This document shows positions 1-8,694 of a DNA stretch of 64,000 nucleotides, in pieces (position 1 is the stretch's first letter; the number at the start of each line of letters is the position of its first letter). A program made the position numbers and the translations under genes. The notes under the pieces are model-generated. The model was not told where the DNA came from, made no database searches, and saw nothing but the letters and a program-made list of their open reading frames with translations. The stretch lies in IMG/VR virus record IMGVR_UViG_3300028862_000012, positions 62,001 through 126,000 of that record; one strand, given 5' to 3'.

Positions 1-451
1 AATTAGTACAATTCCTAAATGCATAATATAAGTAGTTAAATCCATCAAAGTTTTTTCCACCACCAAAATTAATTATTTTAGTAACAAGTAACCTATTTGA
101 ATCAACATCTGAAAAACTCCATCCAGTACAAGTTCCTGTAATACTTATATTATATGTACCTGCATTAGTATAAGTATGAACCCTATTAGCATCATTATAA
201 GCCGTAATAGAAGAGATACTATTATCACCCCAATCTACTGTGCAACTATAAACACATATCGGATTTTCTGATAACGGCAAAGTTACACTATCACCTGCAC
301 TAACTACCCATTGAGTTATAAAAGGACTGTTTTCATTTGCTTCATCTAAAGGAGATTCATTGTTATCTAAATAACTTATATTATCAACTTCAAAAAATCT
401 TGTATAGCCTTTTAATAAAAGTAGTCTTTTCTTAAAAAAGAAATTATTCAT
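1..451 (-). CDS. PKD-like/BspA-type repeat protein, N-terminal part only (runs off the window edge); likely tail fibre or receptor-binding protein
   Basis: Not in the ORF track. Hand translation from ATG at 451: MNNFFFKKR...FITQWVVSAGDSVTLPL...CTVDWGDNSISSITAYNDANRVHTYTNAGTYNISITGTC...FNYLYNAFRNCTN. DWGD...HTY..AGTY is the PKD signature, and AFRNCTN resembles the start of BspA-type repeats. Confidence 0.7.
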   Translation of the reverse strand, partial: MNNFFFKKRLLLLKGYTRFFEVDNISYLDNNESPLDEANENSPFITQWVVSAGDSVTLPLSENPICVYSCTVDWGDNSISSITAYNDANRVHTYTNAGTYNISITGTCTGWSFSDVDSNRLLVTKIINFGGGKNFDGFNYLYYAFRNCTN

Positions 452-472
452 ACTTTATGTTCCTAATATTAT

Positions 473-1471
473 TTATGTTCCTAACACTGTGTAACCAACA
501 TTCCAATTTATTCCATCAGAACACCATCCTATCAAATTAAAACGTAAAGTACCTATAGGAGAACTTACGTTATTTATCCATTTCCAAGTACTCGGAAAAT
601 AAACTAATTTATTAAGATCATTGTAAATTGTTATATCAAACCAATTTTCTTTATTTACTCTAAAATTAATAGTAGCTAAAGTAAATGTAGTAGTTGCGGT
701 TAAAGTAACTGACTCTTTCACATTAAGCTTTATTTCATAATCAGCAGAGACATTTCCTATAGTAGTAAATGGAACACAAACATCATGTACATGATTTTCT
801 CGTGCAACTAAATTAGAGCTTCCCGCATTTGATAATCCTAGATCAGAAGCGTTTTGTGCAAAAGCTATAAAAGAAACAGGTAAAAATCCTAAATCTGAAG
901 TAAGTATTCCTTTATTTCCATAAGTACCTGAACCACCTACTTGTGTCATACTTGATGAAGGATATTTTGAGTTAATAGAGTTATTTAAATTTATAATAGC
1001 TGTATTTAATGCATCTGTATTGTCTGCTATAGCATTAGTCAATGTATCAAATATATTTAATGTTTTAACAGAATAATCAAAACTAACTAATACCCCACTT
1101 GAGTAAACCCCCCGTGCAAGTACTATATCCTTAGCTAGCAAGTAAGATTCAGAAACAGGAATTATATCTACATAATTATTTACTTGATTAAGCCAAGTTA
1201 ATCTCATAATTATATAATTACTTTCTTCACTTATAGCTAATGTAGCATTAGTGGTCGTTTGACAACGAATAGTTACATTTTCAGCCGGATCTGAAATAAC
1301 TACAACAGTAGGTGCTAATGAACACAAAACATCACTTATTCGAGTTAGTATCCCACCTTTATAGATTCCTTCAGAAATTAAATTATGTAATATAGTATTG
1401 AAACTTGCGCTACTTGCCGCATTTTCATAACAAAATGTATTTATCTGTGTTCCTGTATTTACTGATCCCAT
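473..1471 (-). CDS. Baseplate/tail-fibre-associated structural protein
   Basis: 332-aa ORF in the baseplate operon with its own TAACTATTA element and an AAGGA SD. Beta-rich N-terminus and a short coiled segment. Function inferred from position. Confidence 0.45.
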   Translation of the reverse strand: MGSVNTGTQINTFCYENAASSASFNTILHNLISEGIYKGGILTRISDVLCSLAPTVVVISDPAENVTIRCQTTTNATLAISEESNYIIMRLTWLNQVNNYVDIIPVSESYLLAKDIVLARGVYSSGVLVSFDYSVKTLNIFDTLTNAIADNTDALNTAIINLNNSINSKYPSSSMTQVGGSGTYGNKGILTSDLGFLPVSFIAFAQNASDLGLSNAGSSNLVARENHVHDVCVPFTTIGNVSADYEIKLNVKESVTLTATTTFTLATINFRVNKENWFDITIYNDLNKLVYFPSTWKWINNVSSPIGTLRFNLIGWCSDGINWNVGYTVLGT

Positions 1472-1504
1472 ACAAAAGTTCCTTTTATAATTACATTATA
1501 ATAG

Positions 1505-3229
1505 TTAGTTAAATCGTCTACTTCTATCAACACGTAAGAAAGGAGTATTATCAAAACGCTTTCCAATATCCAGACTATCTAAGTTAATTCCCGGTGCGCG
1601 AATTAAAAATTGTAATGAAACATGCTGGTCTAAATCCTGCATTTCTATATAAGGAAAAGTAGCATTTAATAAAAGTTTATTAGTGGCATAAACATCTGTA
1701 TAAATATTTACTTCTTTTAATTTAACATTATCATCTATTTGATAGTCTATCCAAATATGTGTAGGAGTTGAAGAATATATATAGTCATTACGAGAGCTAA
1801 AAGAAGAGTTACAATTAGTTATAGTATAAATCGTTTCAAAATATAAAACTCCTGTACTATAGACTATAGTACTATTTGTTAAATAAGGAGATATAATATG
1901 TCCATTACTATCATCCGATGCAGTATAGGTAGTTCCATCTATATCAAAACTTAATTTTAACGTTCCTTCTTTAATAACAGTATAACCTGTTTCATAGGTT
2001 AAATGATCAGTTATTTCTCCAATAACAGGATTTTTAGAGGTATAATTAAATAAATTTAGAGTAAAATTTCCAGTAGTATATTCAATTGTTCCACTTAAAA
2101 ATAAGTTATCTTTATTATATAAGCTCCCTGTTCCATCATCAATAAAAGTAACTTTACTACCATCTGAAAAAGATAAAGTTCCGCTTACTTTTGACTCTAC
2201 AATATTTTTAGTATTTAACGTAGAGCTATATGTTGTTATTATTCCAATATTTTTAAATATCTTACTCCCAATACGAGATTTAAATAGTCCCAAAATCATT
2301 ATAAACTCTTCATAATATAAAATTTCTTCAATAGTTACTGCATACAAACCTAACTCTGTTTCTGTACCATCTTCATATTCAACTATTCCTGTTATCATCA
2401 AGTCTTCAAATATATTATCATAAAAATCATACGTTGCTATATTCATGCTTAAATCAGGAATAAAATTAGTTGTCCCATTTCTAAAATCTATAGGAAAAGT
2501 TAAATTACAACCATAATGAGGAATATCAGTAACCTTCTTACAATAATTTCCATTATTTTTTAAATAGTCTAAATACTTTTTTTGAAATAAATATTTAACT
2601 CCTCTTACCTCTTCATAATTAATTAAGTTATATTCTAGTGCTAAATGCTTTGTAAGTTTCTCTATACTTTTATCAAGATAGTAAACTTCATCTCCGTCTA
2701 CGCCGTATAAATCAGAATCCAGAGTTGGAGTTTTTTGTAATAGATTTACTGATGTAGTTTTATCAGGTATAAACCAATAAAAAGGAGTAGTAAAATCATA
2801 GTAGTTATCTATTTTTCTACAAATAGCATCTTTATCTAAAAGTCTTAATAATTTAGAACTAGCACTACTAAAATACATCAAATAAACATATCCAGTCATT
2901 TCCAATGATTTAAATATAAAATCGAATGAAGAATAAACAGTTTTATTTATTATTAACCAAGGAATAGCTCTAAAAACTTTTTTAACAAAATCTAAATCAT
3001 TACTAATACTTAAATCTATTGTATATCCTAACATGTCTTGAGCCAAAGCACATATTTCTTCAGATGTTAAAGTATCTATATTAAACATATCTTGCTTTAA
3101 AAATTTTTCTTCATGCTCTACCCATATTTCAGAACTTATAGCTTCAATAAATTGAGTCCAAAAACTATTTTTAATACTTGGATGTAATCGTTTAGTAAGA
3201 TTATTAGTAAGTAATTCTTCTGTCATCAT
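1505..3229 (-). CDS. Baseplate wedge protein (T4 gp7-like / tail protein I-like N-terminus)
   Basis: 574 aa, directly after the gp6-like gene. Contains two DD-G-x-G...G-x-I-x-Y-x-TG beta modules typical of myovirus baseplate proteins. Confidence 0.55.
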   Translation of the reverse strand: MMTEELLTNNLTKRLHPSIKNSFWTQFIEAISSEIWVEHEEKFLKQDMFNIDTLTSEEICALAQDMLGYTIDLSISNDLDFVKKVFRAIPWLIINKTVYSSFDFIFKSLEMTGYVYLMYFSSASSKLLRLLDKDAICRKIDNYYDFTTPFYWFIPDKTTSVNLLQKTPTLDSDLYGVDGDEVYYLDKSIEKLTKHLALEYNLINYEEVRGVKYLFQKKYLDYLKNNGNYCKKVTDIPHYGCNLTFPIDFRNGTTNFIPDLSMNIATYDFYDNIFEDLMITGIVEYEDGTETELGLYAVTIEEILYYEEFIMILGLFKSRIGSKIFKNIGIITTYSSTLNTKNIVESKVSGTLSFSDGSKVTFIDDGTGSLYNKDNLFLSGTIEYTTGNFTLNLFNYTSKNPVIGEITDHLTYETGYTVIKEGTLKLSFDIDGTTYTASDDSNGHIISPYLTNSTIVYSTGVLYFETIYTITNCNSSFSSRNDYIYSSTPTHIWIDYQIDDNVKLKEVNIYTDVYATNKLLLNATFPYIEMQDLDQHVSLQFLIRAPGINLDSLDIGKRFDNTPFLRVDRSRRFN

Positions 3230-3233
3230 TTAT

Positions 3234-4982
3234 TTAAACTCCTGTATAATACAAACAATTTACATCACTATCAAAATAATTTATTATTTGTGCCCTACTT
3301 GTAAGTATTATATTTTCAGTATCAGCCACATTAAACTCAAAATAAAGACTATACTCACCATAGGGCTTATTTAAACCTGAATTAACTTTAAATTGTCCTG
3401 TTCCTGCTGCTAAATCAACAGCACTACCAGTAGTATCATAGCCATTTAAGCCAGTTATACTTCCATTAGAATTTACTTTTGCAATTTGTTTATATGAAGC
3501 ATCATCTTTATGCTTTATTAAAACTTTACAGACTGAATAATTAATTGGAACCATTGTTACAGTAAAGCTTCCAATATAAGTACTATCAAAAACAAAAGAC
3601 TGTAGTATAAGCACTTGTATATCTGCATATCTAACTCCACTCAAATTATCTATTAATGAATAAACATCAGAGCCATACAGATTTTGTTTAAATTCAAAAT
3701 TATCAATAATATAAGTTTCCTTCAATGTTTCTATAATTAAAGAATTCATATAATTAAGTGTCTTGCTTTTATCACTTATATAAGCAGTTACATAAAACTT
3801 TAAATTTATTAATTTCAAGTCCATATAAGATAAAATATCTGTAGGAGGTTTTTTTTGATAAATATCTTCTACTAACTGTGTTTTTTGAGAGGTAGTTAAA
3901 TCAGTTCCAGAATCATTAGCGGCAGTTATATAAACACAATTTTCTTCACCTGAAATGAATGTCCAAGGATCACGATTATTATCTATGTTTGTTTCATAGC
4001 TTCCCCAAACATTTGCTTTTTTTATATAGCTAAAACTATTTATAATTGTTTTATAGTCCTCAGAAGTTCCAGCGCGTTTACCTGCTTGATAAAATTTTGG
4101 AGATAAATCTCTTAGTTTATCTATATCAATTTCATCAGTTCCCCCTGAAATTTCAGAAGTATTTGTTACATATAGATCTACTAATTCACTACTTACATTA
4201 TAAATATTACTATCTATAGTATCTATTAAATTTGTAGAATATAAATTACCATTTAAACCAAGTGTTTCTACATACTGAATATAAACAATATCACCTGCTA
4301 TTAATTGTTTTCCAAATATTCCATCGCCAAATTTTATTTTTATACCTGTCATGTCAGGTAAAGAATCTATATAAAAACAATAAGCATCACTACTTGCATC
4401 ATAAATTGAGTCAACTGGTTTGGCTTGTATATTATTTACATAAATAAACAGAACAGTATTTTCTATACTATTATTGTTTAAAGGAATAGTTTCAAATTTC
4501 GATCCAGAAGCAGTGTAAGTATAAGATTTATAAATTCCTTGCATAACACTTACATCACAAAATAAAGCAGAAGTTGTATATAAAGTATCTTCTATACATA
4601 TATATTTTGTATCTTTATAACTAAAAGTTGTAAATAAGGGAATTGGAATATTTTTAGTAGGATACTCATAAGGAGTAGCTATATTAAAATCTTTAGAAAT
4701 GGAAACTCTACAAGTTCCTTTAGCTCCTATTTTTCTAGGAATTGCATAGTTATGAAAATAACTTTGAGTTACCAAGCTACTCATGTTTCGTGCTAACTTC
4801 CATTTATTTTCACGAGTTAAATACTCATCATATAACATTTCATATGCAAGCTCTGTAGCAATATCTTCCAATAATAAAACATTAGTTCCATATGAAGTCA
4901 TGTCCATATGATCTGCTTTTGTTTTTAGTGTATTATATAATCTATTAAAAATAGCGGTATAGTTAAAACTTGCTGTGCTCAT
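3234..4982 (-). CDS. Baseplate wedge subunit, T4 gp6-like / baseplate J
   Basis: Motifs IKFGDGIFGK..GD.V.IQYVETLGLNGN and SGGTDEIDIDKLR...YQAGKRAGTSEDYKTII match the gp6/baseplate-J pattern. Confidence 0.85.
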   Translation of the reverse strand: MSTASFNYTAIFNRLYNTLKTKADHMDMTSYGTNVLLLEDIATELAYEMLYDEYLTRENKWKLARNMSSLVTQSYFHNYAIPRKIGAKGTCRVSISKDFNIATPYEYPTKNIPIPLFTTFSYKDTKYICIEDTLYTTSALFCDVSVMQGIYKSYTYTASGSKFETIPLNNNSIENTVLFIYVNNIQAKPVDSIYDASSDAYCFYIDSLPDMTGIKIKFGDGIFGKQLIAGDIVYIQYVETLGLNGNLYSTNLIDTIDSNIYNVSSELVDLYVTNTSEISGGTDEIDIDKLRDLSPKFYQAGKRAGTSEDYKTIINSFSYIKKANVWGSYETNIDNNRDPWTFISGEENCVYITAANDSGTDLTTSQKTQLVEDIYQKKPPTDILSYMDLKLINLKFYVTAYISDKSKTLNYMNSLIIETLKETYIIDNFEFKQNLYGSDVYSLIDNLSGVRYADIQVLILQSFVFDSTYIGSFTVTMVPINYSVCKVLIKHKDDASYKQIAKVNSNGSITGLNGYDTTGSAVDLAAGTGQFKVNSGLNKPYGEYSLYFEFNVADTENIILTSRAQIINYFDSDVNCLYYTGV

Positions 4983-4991
4983 ACTTTATTC

Positions 4992-5378
4992 CTATGATCC
5001 TAAATTATTTACAGAATCGTCATAATTAAAAATTGTTTTAAATAATGGTACATAACCTATTAATTTAATTTTCCATTTTCTATTAGCATAATCAGGAGTA
5101 ACACTTAAACTTACTGGTTCTATAGTAGGATAAAAATCATTTTTTAATCCATCCTGAATTGCTCTTTTAAAACTTATTGCATTATCATCTGATAGTTGCT
5201 TTCCTAAATATTGTAAGATAGTTCCACCAGAAGTACTTTTAATACGACTAAATTTTGGGCTTACAATCCATTTAGTGAATGATTGCTTTAGAGCTTCAGA
5301 ATCATATATTTTTTTTACTTGCCCTTGTGAATCTTTTTCACCATACATGTCCAAATCAAAAACAACGTGTTCTACCAT
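4992..5378 (-). CDS. Baseplate wedge protein, gp25/GPW-like
   Basis: 128 aa between the gp5-like and gp6-like genes. DSEALKQS..W...PK..R....GG pattern and a C-terminal beta hairpin fit the gp25 family. Confidence 0.6.
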   Translation of the reverse strand: MVEHVVFDLDMYGEKDSQGQVKKIYDSEALKQSFTKWIVSPKFSRIKSTSGGTILQYLGKQLSDDNAISFKRAIQDGLKNDFYPTIEPVSLSVTPDYANRKWKIKLIGYVPLFKTIFNYDDSVNNLGS

Positions 5379-5397
5379 AATACAATAGTTATGTTTT

Positions 5398-5754
5398 TTA
5401 ATTTTTTTGAATTGTATACTTTTTAGAACTTGAAATATTAATACTTACAGGAAGTGAAGGATAAGGCTGTAATGAGCCATTTCCTACTATAGGTGTTGTT
5501 GTTAGAGCTGCAACAACTGAAGTCCAAAAGCTTGTTAATATACTCTGTAATTCTGTATGACTTACCACATCTAAAGTGCAATACTTTACTAAATGAGCTA
5601 TAATTTGTGTTGAATCTTCTTCCCATACAGTTTTAATTAAATTTTTAGATTTTATTTTTTCTTCATCTGAAATATTTAAAGCATCAATTTTATCACAAGT
5701 AACTTTAGCTATAGCATCCCCTAATTCATTTCCTGTTTCTGATATTCCTGCCAT
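5398..5754 (-). CDS. Hypothetical baseplate-operon protein
   Basis: Start moved from the track's 5781 to the ATG at 5754 (MAGISETG), which follows an AAGGAG SD. Confidence 0.55.
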   Translation of the reverse strand: MAGISETGNELGDAIAKVTCDKIDALNISDEEKIKSKNLIKTVWEEDSTQIIAHLVKYCTLDVVSHTELQSILTSFWTSVVAALTTTPIVGNGSLQPYPSLPVSINISSSKKYTIQKN

Positions 5755-5770
5755 AATATAGACTGCTCCT

Positions 5771-6472
5771 TTATGTTCCACTTATTGTATTACCAGTATG
5801 TAAAGTACCAGTAAAAGGATCAACTACCAGCGCACAAAATCCGCCTGTTCCTGTAGGAGCACAAGATCCATTAACTTCTAGTGATCCTCCAGTTACATTA
5901 ACTTTTAATCCATTAAGAGTTATACTTACTGAACTTTTTACTATTGCTTTTCCATCAGAAGGGAGTTCTATGCTTGATTTACTATTATAAACTTTTATTG
6001 CTTTATTAACAGTATTTGCAAATAAGTTCCCGTCTTTATCATGAAATACATAAGTTCCATCTTTATAAATTGTACCTCTTTCAGAGGTATTATTATTAAA
6101 AAAATCTAAACTTCCTTCAGAGTATAAATAAAAATCTAAATATTGATATTCCTTATTGGATACTTCTGATATACTTCCTAATGCTGTTGTTATAATATCA
6201 AAGTCAAAAAAAGATTTTCTATTAAAATAATCTAAGTAATATCTACGTTTCCAAATATCATCAATTAAACACCAAACTATTGTATCTTTTTTTGGGGTCT
6301 GCTTTTTCATTTCATCACCATTGGTTCCGAAAAAAGGCTCAAACCAAGGCAAATCATCATCTTTTAATTGCTTATCATATAATTCAGGTAATATACGTAT
6401 TTGTATTTTTCCTAACTTATCAGGATCATCTATATTAGATACTTTTCCTCTATATAATTTAAGTTGTATCAT
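5771..6472 (-). CDS. Baseplate central spike, gp5/gpV-like (OB-fold plus beta-helix, no lysozyme domain)
   Basis: N-terminal YRGKVSNIDDPDKLGKIQIRI is the Gp5 OB-fold signature. The C-terminus has a Cys/His-bearing tip (CAPTGTGGFCAL..DPFTGTLH). Confidence 0.8.
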   Translation of the reverse strand: MIQLKLYRGKVSNIDDPDKLGKIQIRILPELYDKQLKDDDLPWFEPFFGTNGDEMKKQTPKKDTIVWCLIDDIWKRRYYLDYFNRKSFFDFDIITTALGSISEVSNKEYQYLDFYLYSEGSLDFFNNNTSERGTIYKDGTYVFHDKDGNLFANTVNKAIKVYNSKSSIELPSDGKAIVKSSVSITLNGLKVNVTGGSLEVNGSCAPTGTGGFCALVVDPFTGTLHTGNTISGT

Positions 6473-6481
6473 TATAACCGC

Positions 6482-7672
6482 CTAACTTAAAAGTTTATCT
6501 TTCATATTAAAAGCAGAAGAATTAAGCTTTTTCATTGTTTTACGTGATATAACAAGTTTTGTATCAGCAGTATTCTTTTGTCCATTCCAAGTATGAAAAC
6601 TACGCTCTATCAAATACTCTCCAGAATAATTTAAACTTGCAGTAGTTTTATCACTACTAGTACTATCATAAATAGTTATATTTACATTTACTCCTGCTGT
6701 AAGTAATGGATTAAGCGGTAGTGTTATAAGAAAACGCTCAAGCGCAAAAGTATTCCTCATACTTTGAATTTTTATTCCTTTATTTATTTCTTTTAGCCCT
6801 GCTGTTTCTGTATCATCTAATAATTCAAGTACTCCTGTTATATTTTCTTTATCTCCAATAATAGGTAAATCACCATAACTTTCTGAAGGATAATCTGTTA
6901 TATAATCCTCTTCCAAATTAATTGTATTATCATCACCTAAATTAAATATTTTTCTATGACGCTTATCATATGTATATTCTGCTCCTGTTCTAAATCGAGA
7001 AATATTAGTAAAGGAATAAGGACTAATGTTAGCTAAATTACCATCACTATATTTTAATTCATATTTAGCGTTATCATTCATCATTGCTATATAATTTCTA
7101 AAATGAAAAGTATTATTATTATCTATAAAACAATAAAAAGGAGTATCTTTAGAATTATTAGAATAAGCAACAGGTAGTAAATAATTTTCTATAAAATCAA
7201 AATCATAAACATTAGGCTGAAAATATTTATCAGTACTTCCACTATCATTTATAACTATATGCTTATCATCAAAATAAGTACCTTGAATTATTTTTTTAAT
7301 AATTTTACTAATCATTTCATTGTAACTTTTTACTTTTCTACTCTGATTTAATTTATAAAAATGAACTAATTTTATATCTATAATTCCATTTACTTTTCCA
7401 GTAGATAAAGTTGACTTTAATTGATCTGAATCTATACAATAAGCATTAGTTATAAAATTATCTTTATATCCAAAAGATAATTCTATTTTTTGACCTTCAA
7501 CACTCAATAGATACTCTTGATATAAACCATCTGAATCATTAAAATATAAAGTACATTTAGGAAAAATAGAATAGATAGAATCACTCATTACAAATGATAT
7601 ATTTATAGGAGAAATTTCAATTACTTTATCATTCAATTTAAAATCTATTTCATAAATATCATTGAATACCAT
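6482..7672 (-). CDS. Baseplate hub protein (gp27/gpD-like)
   Basis: 396 aa upstream of the spike. Motifs FYCFIDNNNTFHF and SGEYLIERSFHTW resemble the hub family. Confidence 0.55.
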   Translation of the reverse strand: MVFNDIYEIDFKLNDKVIEISPINISFVMSDSIYSIFPKCTLYFNDSDGLYQEYLLSVEGQKIELSFGYKDNFITNAYCIDSDQLKSTLSTGKVNGIIDIKLVHFYKLNQSRKVKSYNEMISKIIKKIIQGTYFDDKHIVINDSGSTDKYFQPNVYDFDFIENYLLPVAYSNNSKDTPFYCFIDNNNTFHFRNYIAMMNDNAKYELKYSDGNLANISPYSFTNISRFRTGAEYTYDKRHRKIFNLGDDNTINLEEDYITDYPSESYGDLPIIGDKENITGVLELLDDTETAGLKEINKGIKIQSMRNTFALERFLITLPLNPLLTAGVNVNITIYDSTSSDKTTASLNYSGEYLIERSFHTWNGQKNTADTKLVISRKTMKKLNSSAFNMKDKLLS

Positions 7673-8037
7673 TATTTACTCACAATATTTTTTATATAAA
7701 AAGAATCAAAATCTTTCTTATCAGGTAAATTTAATGTAGTACCTATATCTTCCTTTGATAAAGAAAGTCTATTATTAAGCCATAATGTTAATTCATCATA
7801 TAAAAAGAAGTCTTTATAAAGATCATAAATTAAAATATCTAATCGATATACATCTCCTTGTCGTAAGCGCTCTTCATATACTTTTTCTGTATAATCAAAT
7901 TCTTCTATTTTAAAAGTACAAATATCAGGATAAAAATTACCTTCAGAGTCTGCTTGATCTGAGTCTTGCATAAATAAATATCTACTTGATGTGCTATTAG
8001 GATTTGAATTATTAGACACTTGTAGTACTTCCTCCAT
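7672..8037 (-). CDS. gp53/LysM-like baseplate wedge protein
   Basis: YRLDILIYDLY...LWLNN...DIGTTLNLPD follows the LysM-like gp53/tail X pattern, and the position is canonical. Confidence 0.5.
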   Translation of the reverse strand: MEEVLQVSNNSNPNSTSSRYLFMQDSDQADSEGNFYPDICTFKIEEFDYTEKVYEERLRQGDVYRLDILIYDLYKDFFLYDELTLWLNNRLSLSKEDIGTTLNLPDKKDFDSFYIKNIVSK

Positions 8038-8692
8038 TAGGAATTTCAGTTAGATTATCTATCATTTGAGTATTAGCAATATCAATAGTCTGAAACTCTA
8101 ATCGTAAGGAACCTTGCACAGGATATCCGTTTGAATCTACTGCCATAGAATAAGTAGGCTCAGCACTTGTTATAATAACACTAGATAAATAAATAAAGTT
8201 TCCAATGCGTAAAGATAAATTGCCTTTACTGGTAAGATGACCCCATACTCCATTTATTATTCCAGACGTTTCACCAAGCTCTTGTTTAAGTGCATCACGT
8301 ATAGTAGGGCCGGGAGCTTGTAAGGTATAAGCATCTTTACTACGAGTAGGAACTACTAATTTTAATACTTCACTCATTGGTTTTATTACATCTTCTTTAC
8401 CTGAAGTTCTCATATAAAAAATAGATTCAGTAGAAAAAGATATTGGATCAGTTTTTTCCCATACTTGAAATCCTGCCACTGAAACTACACCTGATCCTAA
8501 TTTCTGTAAAAAATCAATATTGGATAAAGTACTTATTAATGGATTTGACTCTGAACGCATTAGCTGTCTAAAACTTGAAGATATTTTTAAAGATATTTCT
8601 TCTGTATTTATAATTGTAGCATTAGAAGGTACTAATGTACCTGCAAGTCGAAGTTCTATTATATTTCCGCGAGGAATTTTCATTATGCTCAT
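8012..8692 (-). CDS. Tail tube initiator-like baseplate protein
   Basis: Lies immediately after the tape measure gene. C-terminal LRIGNFIYLSSVIITS..PTY.....GYPVQGSLRLEF resembles tube-fold proteins. Confidence 0.45.
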   Translation of the reverse strand: MSIMKIPRGNIIELRLAGTLVPSNATIINTEEISLKISSSFRQLMRSESNPLISTLSNIDFLQKLGSGVVSVAGFQVWEKTDPISFSTESIFYMRTSGKEDVIKPMSEVLKLVVPTRSKDAYTLQAPGPTIRDALKQELGETSGIINGVWGHLTSKGNLSLRIGNFIYLSSVIITSAEPTYSMAVDSNGYPVQGSLRLEFQTIDIANTQMIDNLTEIPNGGSTTSV

Positions 8693-8694
8693 AC

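Noticed and set aside
1-1471. Diversity-generating retroelement targeting the fibre-like genes
   Set aside because: No reverse transcriptase and no template/variable repeat pair is visible in the window.
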